The translations under genes and the position numbers were made by a program. A stretch of 18,180 bases of DNA from positions 1 through 18,180 of the forward strand of contig JBDZWC010000055.1 in the NCBI GenBank assembly GCA_040256005.1, written 5' to 3'. The notes below the pieces were generated by a model. It saw nothing but the letters and a program-made list of their open reading frames with translations. It was not told the origin of the DNA and searched no databases. Positions 1-8,548 of the stretch are shown here, in pieces (position 1 is the stretch's first letter; each line of letters opens with the position of its first letter). The stretch is from Deinococcaceae bacterium (GTDB taxonomy: Bacteria; Deinococcota; Deinococci; Deinococcales; Trueperaceae).

Positions 1-40
1 ACGTCGAAGCCAGGGAGTCCCGTCCTGGACGTTGATCGTG

Positions 41-115
41 TGGTGGGCGGTGAGGGATTCGAACCCCCGACCCTTCGCGTGTAAGGCGAACGCTCTCCCG
101 CTGAGCTAACCGCCC
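41..115 (-). tRNA. tRNA-Val (anticodon TAC), CCA encoded
   Basis: Reverse complement reads GGGCGGTTAGCTCAGCGGGAGAGCGTTCGCCTTACACGCGAAGGGTCGGGGGTTCGAATCCCTCACCGCCCACCA. It has acceptor stem GGGCGGT/ACCGCCC, D-arm AGCTCAG..GAGAGC, anticodon stem TTCGC/GCGAA around loop CTTACAC, T-loop GTTCGAATC and terminal ACCA. Confidence 0.97.
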
Positions 116-124
116 GGGGCAGCG

Positions 125-130
125 ATCTTA
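125..130 (-). promoter_or_regulatory. Putative -10 element (TAAGAT) of the tRNA promoter
   Basis: TAAGAT (TANNNT) lies 9 nt upstream of the tRNA 5' end and is followed by a GC-rich discriminator-like CGCTGCCCC. No -35 is recognisable. Confidence 0.5.
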
Positions 131-162
131 CCGCGGCCGAGGCCGTCGGGGGCGTCCGGCGG

Positions 163-1074
163 CTAGAGCCTGGCGGGACGTCCGTTGGACGCCATCAACG
201 CGTACACGGCCTCCAGGTCAGGTATCGCCTCACGCCCCAGGCCGGTGCAGGCGAGCGCCGCGGCTGCGGACGCCAGCTCCGCGCAACGCAGGGCGTCCCA
301 GCCGCGGGCCAAACCGTACGCGTAGGCGCCGTGGAAGACGTCCCCGGCCCCGGTCGTGTCCACCGCCTGAACCGGGAACGCCGGCAACAGCCGCGTCGTC
401 TCGCCCGTGTCGATGATCACGCCGCGGTCTCCCAAGGTGACGCCCACCACCTGACCGTCGCGGCGGCGAAGGGCTTGCAGCGCAGCGACCGGGTCGTCCC
501 TGCCGAGGACCTCCGTGGCGCACTCCTGCGACGCGATGAGGTGGCCCACAGCGTCGGCTCGTTCCCAGTAGTGGGCGCTGGAGGCGTCCGCCACGCTGGG
601 CACACCCGCGCGATCCGCCGCGGACAGTACGTTCGCGGTGAGGCGCGGGAGGCGCAGGTCCACGAGCACGGCGCCGCTCCGCTCGACGACCCCCATGTCG
701 AGACCGAGGACCGCCTCGTCGTCTAGGGCATCGCCGAAGAACGGGAAGATGTACCTCTCCCCGTCCGGGGTGACGATCACGCCACTGACGGCGGTGCGCC
801 CTCGCCGGAGCCGCCGTGACTCCGAGACGTCCACGCCCCGCGCCGCCAGGTCGACCAGCGCCCCCTCGCCCGCGGGGTCGGCGCCCACGACGGTCAACAG
901 CTTCACCTGGGCGCCGAGCCGAGCCGCCGCCACCGCCGCGGTGGCAGCGGGACCGCCTCCCGACGTCTCGTGGTCCGTAGCGGGCGTCCGGGAGCCCCGT
1001 GGCGGGAACTCCTCGACCCGCCAGAGGTGGTCCACGGTGGTCAGGCCGGCGCACAGGACCTTGGGAACGCTCAT
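163..1074 (-). CDS. PfkB/ribokinase-family carbohydrate kinase (YihV/sulfofructose-kinase-like), ~303 aa
   Basis: PfkB signatures GGGPAATAAVAAARLG and VDTTGAGDVFHGA are present. The start is reassigned to ATG 1074 (MSVPKVLCAG) after purine-rich AAGAAGGTGG; the track's longer N-terminus overlaps the upstream gene. Confidence 0.92.
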   Translation of the reverse strand: MSVPKVLCAGLTTVDHLWRVEEFPPRGSRTPATDHETSGGGPAATAAVAAARLGAQVKLLTVVGADPAGEGALVDLAARGVDVSESRRLRRGRTAVSGVIVTPDGERYIFPFFGDALDDEAVLGLDMGVVERSGAVLVDLRLPRLTANVLSAADRAGVPSVADASSAHYWERADAVGHLIASQECATEVLGRDDPVAALQALRRRDGQVVGVTLGDRGVIIDTGETTRLLPAFPVQAVDTTGAGDVFHGAYAYGLARGWDALRCAELASAAAALACTGLGREAIPDLEAVYALMASNGRPARL

Positions 1075-1189
1075 CTCGGCCACCTTCTTGCCCCCGTGGT
1101 CCGCTCGGTGGGCGCTCACCTGTCGCCGTGGGGGCGCTTGGCGGCATGCGACCCGGCGCCGGTGGTGGTGGGCGAACTTCGCACCGCTC

Positions 1190-2356
1190 CTAGAACCGGA
1201 CGTCGTCCGGCATGGCGGCTGGCCTGGCGACCGAGCTCTCGACCTCCAACCAGGCGTGCTCGGAGGCGGCGTCCAGAACGCTCTGCATGACGTCGAGGAC
1301 GTGGTACGCCAGCTCGCCGCTGGCGCGGTGCGCGCGGCCCTCCGCGGCGGCGACGACCATGTCAGCCAGGCCCAGGCCACGGCTGTTGACGTCGTAGGGG
1401 CGCGTGATGGGGAGCTCCTGCCACTCCTTGTCGCTCGCGCGCCTCACCCTCAACGGGCCGCCGAAGGTGTTGGGGTCCGGGAGGCTGAGCGTGGCCTCGG
1501 TGCCGTAGACCTCGCACCAAGGGAGCTGCGAGGCGGGCGCATCGAAGCTGGTCACCAGCGTCGCGACGGGTCCGCCCGCGAACTCCAATAGCGAGGTCAC
1601 GTGCGTCGGCGTGGTCACCTCTACCGAGGTTCCTCGCAGCGGCGCGCTCAGGACGGGTCGGGTCGGGCGGCCGATCTTGGCGGAGCCCGAGACGCGGGCC
1701 ACCGCCCCGAAGAGGTTGACCAGCGCCGTGAGGTAGTAGGGGCCCATGTCGAAGAGTGGGCCTGCCCCAGGCGCGAAGAAGAACCCGGGGTCGGGATGCC
1801 ACCGTTCCGGGCCGCTGCTCATCATGAACGCTGTGGCGGCCACCGGCTCGCCCAACAGCCCCGCGTCTATGACGGCTCTCGCTGTCTGTAGGCCTGCCCC
1901 GAGGAACGTGTCCGGGGCGCACCCGACGCGGAGAGTGCGCTCCTCGGCCAGCGCCAACAGCGCCGCGGCCGCCGCCCTGTCGGTCGCGATCGGCTTCTCG
2001 CTGTAGACGTGCTTGCCTGCCTCCAGCACAGCCCGGCTGACCGCGGCGTGGGCCGCCGGGACGGTCAGGTTCACCACCACGTCGATCGCGTCGTCGGCGA
2101 GCAGGTCGGGGACTGAGACAGCCCGCACGCCGTGCGCCTCGGCCTTCGCCCTGGCGCGTTCGGGGTCTATGTCGGCCACCGCCTGGATGGCGAAGCTGTC
2201 GAAGCCGGCGCTGATCCTGAGGTAATGATCGCTGATGTTGCCGGCGCCGACGATGCCCACCCGAGCGGGCAGTGGGCCCGCCCGCGTGGCTGCGGCGGTC
2301 GTGCCGCCGGGTCCGGCGTCGCCACGTGCCAGCGCCCTGGCCTGCTCATGGTCCAT
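1190..2356 (-). CDS. Gfo/Idh/MocA-family NAD(P)-dependent oxidoreductase
   Basis: Rossmann VGIVGAGNIS, AGKHVYSEKP, CAPDTFLG, WHPDP..FF and GPLFDMGPYY. The start is uncertain (ATG 2356 or 2374). The track start at 2569 would overlap deoR and the promoters. Confidence 0.92.
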   Translation of the reverse strand: MDHEQARALARGDAGPGGTTAAATRAGPLPARVGIVGAGNISDHYLRISAGFDSFAIQAVADIDPERARAKAEAHGVRAVSVPDLLADDAIDVVVNLTVPAAHAAVSRAVLEAGKHVYSEKPIATDRAAAAALLALAEERTLRVGCAPDTFLGAGLQTARAVIDAGLLGEPVAATAFMMSSGPERWHPDPGFFFAPGAGPLFDMGPYYLTALVNLFGAVARVSGSAKIGRPTRPVLSAPLRGTSVEVTTPTHVTSLLEFAGGPVATLVTSFDAPASQLPWCEVYGTEATLSLPDPNTFGGPLRVRRASDKEWQELPITRPYDVNSRGLGLADMVVAAAEGRAHRASGELAYHVLDVMQSVLDAASEHAWLEVESSVARPAAMPDDVRF

Positions 2357-2398
2357 GGACGACAACTCTTGCATACTCGCGAGCGTCGAGTATCCACC

Positions 2399-2427
2399 AC
2401 GATCCCGGCCGTTCCAACGCATGTCAA
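2399..2427 (-). promoter_or_regulatory. Putative sigma70-type promoter for the leftward gfo-pfkB unit
   Basis: Perfect TTGACA at 2427-2422, a 17-nt spacer, and a weak -10 GATCGT at 2404-2399. Confidence 0.45.
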
Positions 2428-2468
2428 CACCCAACAGCCGTTCTACACGCAGATTCTGTTGGAATGAG

Positions 2469-2497
2469 TAGAAACTTAGAGGAACGTGTGATATCCT
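2469..2497 (+). promoter_or_regulatory. Putative sigma70-type promoter for the deoR/ABC/catabolic operon
   Basis: TAGAAA (2469-2474), a 17-nt spacer, and TATCCT (2492-2497) with extended -10 TG at 2489-2490, in an AT-enriched intergenic stretch. Confidence 0.6.
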
Positions 2498-2525
2498 CGC
2501 CGCACCGAAAACGGGGAGAGCAAGC

Positions 2526-3284
2526 ATGCTCGCTGACGAGAGACGCCAGCACATCCTGAGCCTGCTCAAGGAGCGGGGTTACGCGCGCACCATGGACCTG
2601 GCGCGGAGGTTCAACGTCTCCGACCAGACCATCAGGCGCGACCTCCAGGAGCTCGCCGCCCTGGGCCACGTCGCGAAGAGCCACGGCGGCGGCTCGCTCA
2701 TCAACTGGGGCGGCGCCTCGTTCCGCGACCGCACGCTCGTGAACCGCGAGGAGAAGCTCGCCATAGCCGCCGCGGCGGCGGCCTTCGTGAAGCCCGGCAT
2801 GACGGTGGTCATCGGGCCTGGCACCACGACCGAGGCCGTCGCCAGCCTGCTCGACGGGCTGGCGATACGACTCGTCACCAACAGCATGGCCGTGGCCCGC
2901 ACGGTGGCCAGCCCCAACACCGAGGTGTGGCTCACGGGCGGCCGCTACCGCAGCGACGCCGAGCTCATGGTGGGCGACTGGATCGAGCTGAGCCTGGCGA
3001 CGCTCTTCGCGGACGTCTGCTTCGTGGGCGTCAGTGGCGTCGACATCGACACCGGCTACACCGTCACCGAGGAGGACGAAGCCCTCGCCCTCCGGCACTG
3101 CATCAGGGTCGCGAAGCGCGCCATCGTCGTAGCTGACTCCACCAAGTTCGAGCGCGTCGCCAAGGCCAGCGTCGCCCCACTCGGGGCGGTGCATGCTCTC
3201 GTCTCCGACGCCGGGCTGGGCGGCGACTGGCGCATGCGCCTCGAAGCCAACGGGGTGGAGGTGGTGATAGCAGCGGTCCCCTGA
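2526..3284 (+). CDS. DeoR/GlpR-family transcriptional regulator
   Basis: N-terminal wHTH (LARRFNVSDQTIRRDL, HGG) and DeoR C-terminal sensor motifs (EEKLAIA, GTTT, VTNS, TGG, VADSTKF). RBS GGGGAG. Confidence 0.95.
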   Translation: MLADERRQHILSLLKERGYARTMDLARRFNVSDQTIRRDLQELAALGHVAKSHGGGSLINWGGASFRDRTLVNREEKLAIAAAAAAFVKPGMTVVIGPGTTTEAVASLLDGLAIRLVTNSMAVARTVASPNTEVWLTGGRYRSDAELMVGDWIELSLATLFADVCFVGVSGVDIDTGYTVTEEDEALALRHCIRVAKRAIVVADSTKFERVAKASVAPLGAVHALVSDAGLGGDWRMRLEANGVEVVIAAVP

Positions 3285-3409
3285 CCAGCGCGGCTCGCGA
3301 GCGCTCGCCTCTGAGGCGGGCGCGTGGACATAGGCAGCTACCCGGGTCACCGGGTCTGTGCATACGAGGCGACTCGGAGGCTTGAGCCTCGCCTACCAAG
3401 GAGGAGCAG

Positions 3410-4753
3410 ATGAGGAAGACCGATAGCAAGTGGGCATGGCGCCGGCCCGTGATGGCGCTGGCAGCGGCGCTCGTGGTGTTGGCCGCCCTGCCGTTCGGCA
3501 CCGCGCAGCAGGGGCAGATCCCCCTGAACCCCGAGGTGTCCGGGGACATCGAGTTCTGGCACTTCTGGGGCTCGCCGGTACGCCGCAACGCCGTGCGCCG
3601 CGTCGTGGCCCAATGCCAGGACGAGCTGCCGAACATCCACGTGACCGAGACCTTCAAGCCGTTCGGCGACATCTGGACGGCCAACATCGCCGCGGTCGCG
3701 GCCCGTTCCGGCATGCCCGACGTGATCGTCGCCGACCGGCTGCAGCTGCCGCGCGACGCCGCCGACGGCATCTACCAGAACCTGGGTGAGCTGGCGGAGG
3801 CCGACGGAGTGGACCCCGCCGCGTTCTGGGACTTCATCTGGGACCAGACGCTCTACGAGGGTGACACCTACGGCCTGCCGTTCGAGACCGACGTGCGCGT
3901 GCTCTTCTACAACAAGAACGTCATGGCCGAGGCCGGCCTTGACCCCGAGAACCCGCCCGCGACGTGGGAGGAGCTGTGGGCCGCGGCCGACGCCCTCGAC
4001 GTCTGGAACGAGGACGGGACGCTGGCTCGCATGGCGTTCTTCCCGCTCTACGGCAACGTGGGCGCGGACCTCTGGGCCATGGCCAACGGCCATGACTTCG
4101 TGGTGGACGGGCATCCGGTCGTGGACGACCCGGCCGTCGCCGAGACGCTCGAGTGGATGAAGCGCTGGATCGACCGCTACGGCGGATGGGCCGAGACGCA
4201 GCGCTTCCTGTCCCAGTACGGCGCTGCCCCCAACGACGCGTTCATGGCTGGCGGGGTCGTCATGAAGGTAGACGTAGCCGGCTACAACTCGATCCTCAAC
4301 TTCTACCGGCCCAGCGCGAAGCTCGCCGACGGCAGCACGGCCAACATGGACTGGGGCGTCAGCCTGCCGCCCTACAGCGAGCGTCCCGCGACCTGGAGCG
4401 GCGGCTTCACGCTGTCCATCCCGACCGGCGCGGCGAACCCGGAAGCGGCCTGGGAGTTCATCAAGTGCGCCGCCAGCCGGCCCGGCCAGGTCTCCTGGGC
4501 GCGCGACACCTACGCGATCCCCAGCGACATCTCGGCCGCGCGCGACCCGGTCCTCATGGCGGACCCGGCCTGGGGCTTCTTCGTGGATGCCATGGAGGTC
4601 GGTATCAACGTCCCGTTCGTGCCGGCGTACTCCAACTGGATCGAGCAGCTGAACCAGCGGCTCGAGTCCGTGTGGACCGGCGACGTCACGGCCGCGGAGG
4701 CGCTCTCGGCGGCACAGGCGGAGATCGACTCGATCATCCAGCAGAACCAGTGA
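3410..4753 (+). CDS. Carbohydrate ABC transporter substrate-binding protein (CUT1/SBP_bac_1-like)
   Basis: Signal peptide (basic N-region, hydrophobic core, GTA-Q cleavage, no lipobox Cys); motifs GMPDVI, YGLPF..D.RVLFYNK, PPATWEEL, AAWEFIK. Strong RBS AAGGAGG. Confidence 0.95.
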   Translation: MRKTDSKWAWRRPVMALAAALVVLAALPFGTAQQGQIPLNPEVSGDIEFWHFWGSPVRRNAVRRVVAQCQDELPNIHVTETFKPFGDIWTANIAAVAARSGMPDVIVADRLQLPRDAADGIYQNLGELAEADGVDPAAFWDFIWDQTLYEGDTYGLPFETDVRVLFYNKNVMAEAGLDPENPPATWEELWAAADALDVWNEDGTLARMAFFPLYGNVGADLWAMANGHDFVVDGHPVVDDPAVAETLEWMKRWIDRYGGWAETQRFLSQYGAAPNDAFMAGGVVMKVDVAGYNSILNFYRPSAKLADGSTANMDWGVSLPPYSERPATWSGGFTLSIPTGAANPEAAWEFIKCAASRPGQVSWARDTYAIPSDISAARDPVLMADPAWGFFVDAMEVGINVPFVPAYSNWIEQLNQRLESVWTGDVTAAEALSAAQAEIDSIIQQNQ

Positions 4754-4759
4754 CCTGAG

Positions 4760-4800
4760 GCGGTGGGGGAGGGCCGGCGGGCCCGGACCCTCCCCACCGC
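4760..4800 (+). other. Strong GC-rich stem-loop between SBP and permease (mRNA stabiliser or partial terminator)
   Basis: GCGGTGGGGGAGGG-CCGG pairs with CCGG-A-CCCTCCCCACCGC, giving ~17 bp with two single-nt bulges and no U-tract. Confidence 0.7.
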
Positions 4801-4827
4801 ACCTTCGGAACGAGGTACGCGGCAGAC

Positions 4828-5817
4828 GTGGCAGTGAGCACCCGAGACCAGGCCGTGAAGGTAGCCGCCGCCCCCGAGGCGAGACGGCGGTTCTCGCGCC
4901 GGCGCTTCAACCAGGCGCTGACCGGCTACCTGTTCGCGTTGCCGTGGCTGATCGGTTTCCTCGTCTTCACCCTGTGGCCGATGGTCTACTCGCTCTACAC
5001 GAGCTTCACCCGTTACAACATCATCGGTGAGCCCAGGTGGATCGGGCTCCGCAACTACCGGAACATCATCTTCAGCGACCCCAGCTTCCTCAAGGCGCTG
5101 GAGAACACCTTCTGGATGGTCATCGTCAAGACGCCGATCGTCATCGTGGCGGCCCTGACCATCGCTATCTTGCTCAGTCTGGACCTGCCGGGGGAGCGCG
5201 GCTTCCGGACCATCGTCTACCTCCCCAACGTCCTGTCCGGCGTGGCCGCCATCTTCCTGTGGCAGTGGATCCTCGCCCCCAACGGCCTGTTCAACGCCGG
5301 TCTCGAGCTCATCGGGGTGCGCGGCCCGGCCTGGTTCACCGATCCCAACTGGACCAAGCCCGGCCTGGTGGTGATGGGTACGTGGTGGATCGGGTCGCAG
5401 GTGCTGATCTACCTGGCCAGCCTCAAGGGGATCCCCAAGTCGCTCTACGAAGCCGCCGAGATAGACGGTGCCAACGGCTGGGCCAAGACCCGTTACATAA
5501 CGCTGCCCATGCTGTCGCCCACCACCTTCTTCCTGGTGGTCACGAGCATCATCGGCACGTTCCAGATCTTCGAGACCGCGTTCATCATCGCCGGCGCCGC
5601 CGGACGCGACGTCGCCCTGGGCGGCCCCAGCCAGTCGCTGCTCTTCTACGTCTTCTACCTGTACAACCGCGCCTTCGGGAAGGTGGGCGCTGGCGGCCTG
5701 CAGATGGGCTACGCCTCCGCCCTGGCCTGGATCCTCTTCGTGATCATCCTGATCGTCACGCTCATCCAGCTCTGGCTCGCCAGGCGCTGGGTGCACTACG
5801 AGACGGACGGCCGCTGA
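4828..5817 (+). CDS. Carbohydrate ABC transporter permease (MalF/UgpA-like)
   Basis: Multiple TM segments; WIGLRNY, FRTIVYLP, EAA loop LYEAAEIDGA, ITLPMLSP, MGYASALAW. GTG start after GAGGT. Confidence 0.95.
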   Translation: MAVSTRDQAVKVAAAPEARRRFSRRRFNQALTGYLFALPWLIGFLVFTLWPMVYSLYTSFTRYNIIGEPRWIGLRNYRNIIFSDPSFLKALENTFWMVIVKTPIVIVAALTIAILLSLDLPGERGFRTIVYLPNVLSGVAAIFLWQWILAPNGLFNAGLELIGVRGPAWFTDPNWTKPGLVVMGTWWIGSQVLIYLASLKGIPKSLYEAAEIDGANGWAKTRYITLPMLSPTTFFLVVTSIIGTFQIFETAFIIAGAAGRDVALGGPSQSLLFYVFYLYNRAFGKVGAGGLQMGYASALAWILFVIILIVTLIQLWLARRWVHYETDGR

Positions 5818-5834
5818 TGGGTGGCTGCTGAACC

Positions 5835-6764
5835 ATGGCCGTGTCCAGCGTCCCGCCCACCCTGCAGGCCGGCAAGGCCCCGCTCCTGCCGCCCAGGCGG
5901 AGCTTCAGCCCGTTCGCCTCCGTCTGGCACTTCCTCGCCTGGCTGCTGCTCGTCGGCATCGCCGTCCTCTTCCTGGTGCCGCTGCTGTGGATGATCTCGA
6001 CCGCCCTCAAGGACCCCAGCGAGCTCATGCGCAACAACTGGATCCCCCAGCATCTCGCCTGGGAGAACTTCTCCTACGCGCTGTCCTACGGCATGTGGTT
6101 CAGGTGGACCTACAACTCCATCGTCATCACGCTGTTCTCGGTCGTCGGCATGGTCCTGTCATCTGCCATGGTGGCGTACGCATTCGCACGTCTCAAGTGG
6201 CCCGGACGTGACATCCTCTTCGGCGTCGTCCTGGCCACCATGATGATGCCGGGCGTCGTACTCATGATCCCGCAGTTCATCATCTTCGCTCGCCTGCCGG
6301 CCTTCGGTTTCCAAGGGTCTCAGACGTGGGTCAACACGTTCCTGCCCCTCATCGTGCCCGCGTTCACCGGCAGCGCGTTCTACATCTTCCTCCTGCGTCA
6401 GTTCATGCGTGGGGTCCCGATGGAGCTCTCGGAGAGCGCCAAGATCGACGGGGCCTCGGAGTTGAGGATCTTCTGGAACATCGTCATGCCCCTGTCCAAG
6501 CCCGCGCTCGCGACGATCGCGATATTCAGCTTCCAGGGCGCATGGCAGGACTTCATGGGCCCCCTCATCTACCTCCAGAGCGAGCGGCTCTACACGCTCC
6601 AACTGGGTCTCAGGCAGTTCGAGTTCGCGGCCGGCGGCGCGCCGGCCTGGAACTGGCTCATGGCGGTCAGCCTGCTCGTGATGCTGCCCGTCCTCGTCGT
6701 CTTCCTGGCGTTCCAGCGCTACTTCATAGAAGGGATAAGCATCACCGGCATGGGCGGCAGGTAG
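5835..6764 (+). CDS. Carbohydrate ABC transporter permease (MalG/UgpE-like)
   Basis: TM segments; AYAFARL, FLLRQF, EAA-like ELSESAKIDGA, PLSKPALAT, FQRYFIEGI. Confidence 0.95.
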   Translation: MAVSSVPPTLQAGKAPLLPPRRSFSPFASVWHFLAWLLLVGIAVLFLVPLLWMISTALKDPSELMRNNWIPQHLAWENFSYALSYGMWFRWTYNSIVITLFSVVGMVLSSAMVAYAFARLKWPGRDILFGVVLATMMMPGVVLMIPQFIIFARLPAFGFQGSQTWVNTFLPLIVPAFTGSAFYIFLLRQFMRGVPMELSESAKIDGASELRIFWNIVMPLSKPALATIAIFSFQGAWQDFMGPLIYLQSERLYTLQLGLRQFEFAAGGAPAWNWLMAVSLLVMLPVLVVFLAFQRYFIEGISITGMGGR

Positions 6765-6781
6765 CCCACCGGTCGCGATAG

Positions 6782-8548
6782 ATGACCACATCACACAGCA
6801 CGTCGGCACGCTACAGCTGCCGCAACTACCGCCTCGAGACCGAGGCCGACAGACCGTTCGTGAAGCTGCTCGGCCCCACCGGCGAACCGCTGCTGGAGCT
6901 GTTCGTGCCCTTCGGCGTCGACACGCTCGGCGGCCTGGACGACACCACCGGCGTCGGTGCGTTCCGCCGTCTGGAGACGCCCGAGGGGACCACCTTCGAG
7001 TTGGAGGCCACCAGCTCCGTCTGGCGCCGCAAGAGCTACCGCATCCACTGCTCGCCCACGAGCGTCCGGTTCGAGACGCACGTCGAGGGGGAAGGCGAAC
7101 TGACCCAGGTCAGCTACTTCGGCGGCAACTACTCGGGCCAGCCCAGGTGGGGGAGCGGGTTCTTCTGGTCAGGGACGAGCCTAAGGCGGGGCTTCAACCC
7201 CGAGCCACAGACCCACGAGGAGCGCTACTTCGCCGCCGACGCGGGCACACAGATCGACGCCACCGGCGTGCCACTGCCGGGCAAGGCCGGCTGGTTCTTC
7301 ACGCCACCCCCGTACTGCCTGGCGTTCGAAGGACCCGACGGCTGGCTGGGGCTCGGCATCGAGGCGCAGCCGAGCGAGAACAGGTACACCGACCTGCGCT
7401 ACGTGGCGCAACGCGGTGCGTTCCACCTGACCCTGAGCTACGACGGCCGCACCCGGTTGAGCGGCAGCTACCGCCTGCCGGACGTCGCCATCCACTTCGC
7501 CAGCGGGCCGTACGAGGCGCTGGGAGCTCACGTCAGGAGCCTGAGGGAACGCCTCCTGGTACCAGAGGTCTCACCGCGGCCGTTGCCCGGCTGGTGGTGC
7601 TGGCCCATCTTCTGCGGTTGGGGATCGCAGTCCCATCTGGCGGCGCGCACCGAGCGCCCCGCTCCCGAGCTGGCCACAGAACAGAACTACCGCTCGTTCC
7701 TCGACACGCTGGCGCAGCACGGGGTCTCGCCCGGTGTGCTGGTCATCGACGACAAGTGGCAGGCGACGTACGGCGAGAACGAGGGCGACGAGGCCAAATG
7801 GCCCGACCTGCCGGGCTTCGTCGCGGAGCAGCATGCGGCGGGGCGCAAGGTGCTGCTGTGGCTCAAGGCCTGGGACCCCGAGGGCCTGCCGGAGGGCGAG
7901 TGCGTCACCAACGCCGCCGGGGTGAAGGTGTCGTGCGACCCCACCAACCCCGTGTTCGAGCGTCGTTTGCGGGAGAGCGTCAGGCGGATGCTCGGTCCGG
8001 ACGGCTACGACGCGGACGGCTTCAAGATCGACTTCACGGCGCGCATGCCCAGCGGACCGGGCCTGAGACTGCACGGCGACGCCTGGGGCCTCGAGCTCAT
8101 GCGCCTCTACCTCCAGGTCATCTACTCCGAGGCCAAGCGCGTGAAGCCGGACGCGCTGGTCATGACGCATACCCCGCATCCCTACCTGGCGGACCTGCTG
8201 GACATGGTCCGTCTCAACGACATCAACACGGACTCGGACGTCAACGAGGCCATGCGGCACAGGGCCAAGGTGGCGCGCATCGCCTGCCCGCACGCCCTCA
8301 TCGACACCGACAACTGGCCCATCCCCGACCGTGAGACCTGGCGCCGGTACCTGCCGCTGCAGCTCGAGCTCGGCGTGCCCTCGCTGTACTACTCGAGCCA
8401 CATAGACACGAGCGGCGAGCCGCTGCTCGCGGAGGACTACGAGCTCATCCGGCGGGTCTGGAGCCGGGCTCCCACGGAGCCGGCGTTCCCGGGCGCTGCG
8501 TTCGAGCGGCTCGAGTCTGGGGATGCCGGGACCGAGGTGCCGTCGTGA
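6782..8548 (+). CDS. Clan GH-D glycoside hydrolase (GH36/GH31/GH27-like TIM barrel), cytoplasmic
   Basis: PIFCGWG, LVIDDKWQ, HAAGRKVLLW, DPTNP, DGFKIDF (nucleophile Asp) and VRLNDI (likely acid/base Asp), with a beta-rich N-terminal half and no signal peptide. Confidence 0.8.
   Translation: MTTSHSTSARYSCRNYRLETEADRPFVKLLGPTGEPLLELFVPFGVDTLGGLDDTTGVGAFRRLETPEGTTFELEATSSVWRRKSYRIHCSPTSVRFETHVEGEGELTQVSYFGGNYSGQPRWGSGFFWSGTSLRRGFNPEPQTHEERYFAADAGTQIDATGVPLPGKAGWFFTPPPYCLAFEGPDGWLGLGIEAQPSENRYTDLRYVAQRGAFHLTLSYDGRTRLSGSYRLPDVAIHFASGPYEALGAHVRSLRERLLVPEVSPRPLPGWWCWPIFCGWGSQSHLAARTERPAPELATEQNYRSFLDTLAQHGVSPGVLVIDDKWQATYGENEGDEAKWPDLPGFVAEQHAAGRKVLLWLKAWDPEGLPEGECVTNAAGVKVSCDPTNPVFERRLRESVRRMLGPDGYDADGFKIDFTARMPSGPGLRLHGDAWGLELMRLYLQVIYSEAKRVKPDALVMTHTPHPYLADLLDMVRLNDINTDSDVNEAMRHRAKVARIACPHALIDTDNWPIPDRETWRRYLPLQLELGVPSLYYSSHIDTSGEPLLAEDYELIRRVWSRAPTEPAFPGAAFERLESGDAGTEVPS

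Noticed and set aside
10..28. CCAGG..CCTGG inverted repeat downstream of the tRNA as a terminator
   Set aside because: The stem is short, there is no clear U-tract, and the context is truncated by the window edge.
1..162. tRNA next to an accessory-looking cluster, suggesting a genomic island
   Set aside because: The cluster lies on the tRNA 5' side, whereas integration normally occurs at the 3' end, which points out of the window. No integrase, att duplicate or obvious compositional shift was seen.
1075..1189. Palindromic GC-rich segments between gfo and pfkB as an ncRNA or REP element
   Set aside because: The best stem relies on G-U pairs on the non-transcribed strand, it is not repeated elsewhere in the window, and it is expected by chance at this GC content.
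3410..3510. Twin arginine (WRRPVM) in the SBP signal as a Tat motif
   Set aside because: It lacks the S/T-R-R-x-F-L consensus, so Sec export is at least as likely.
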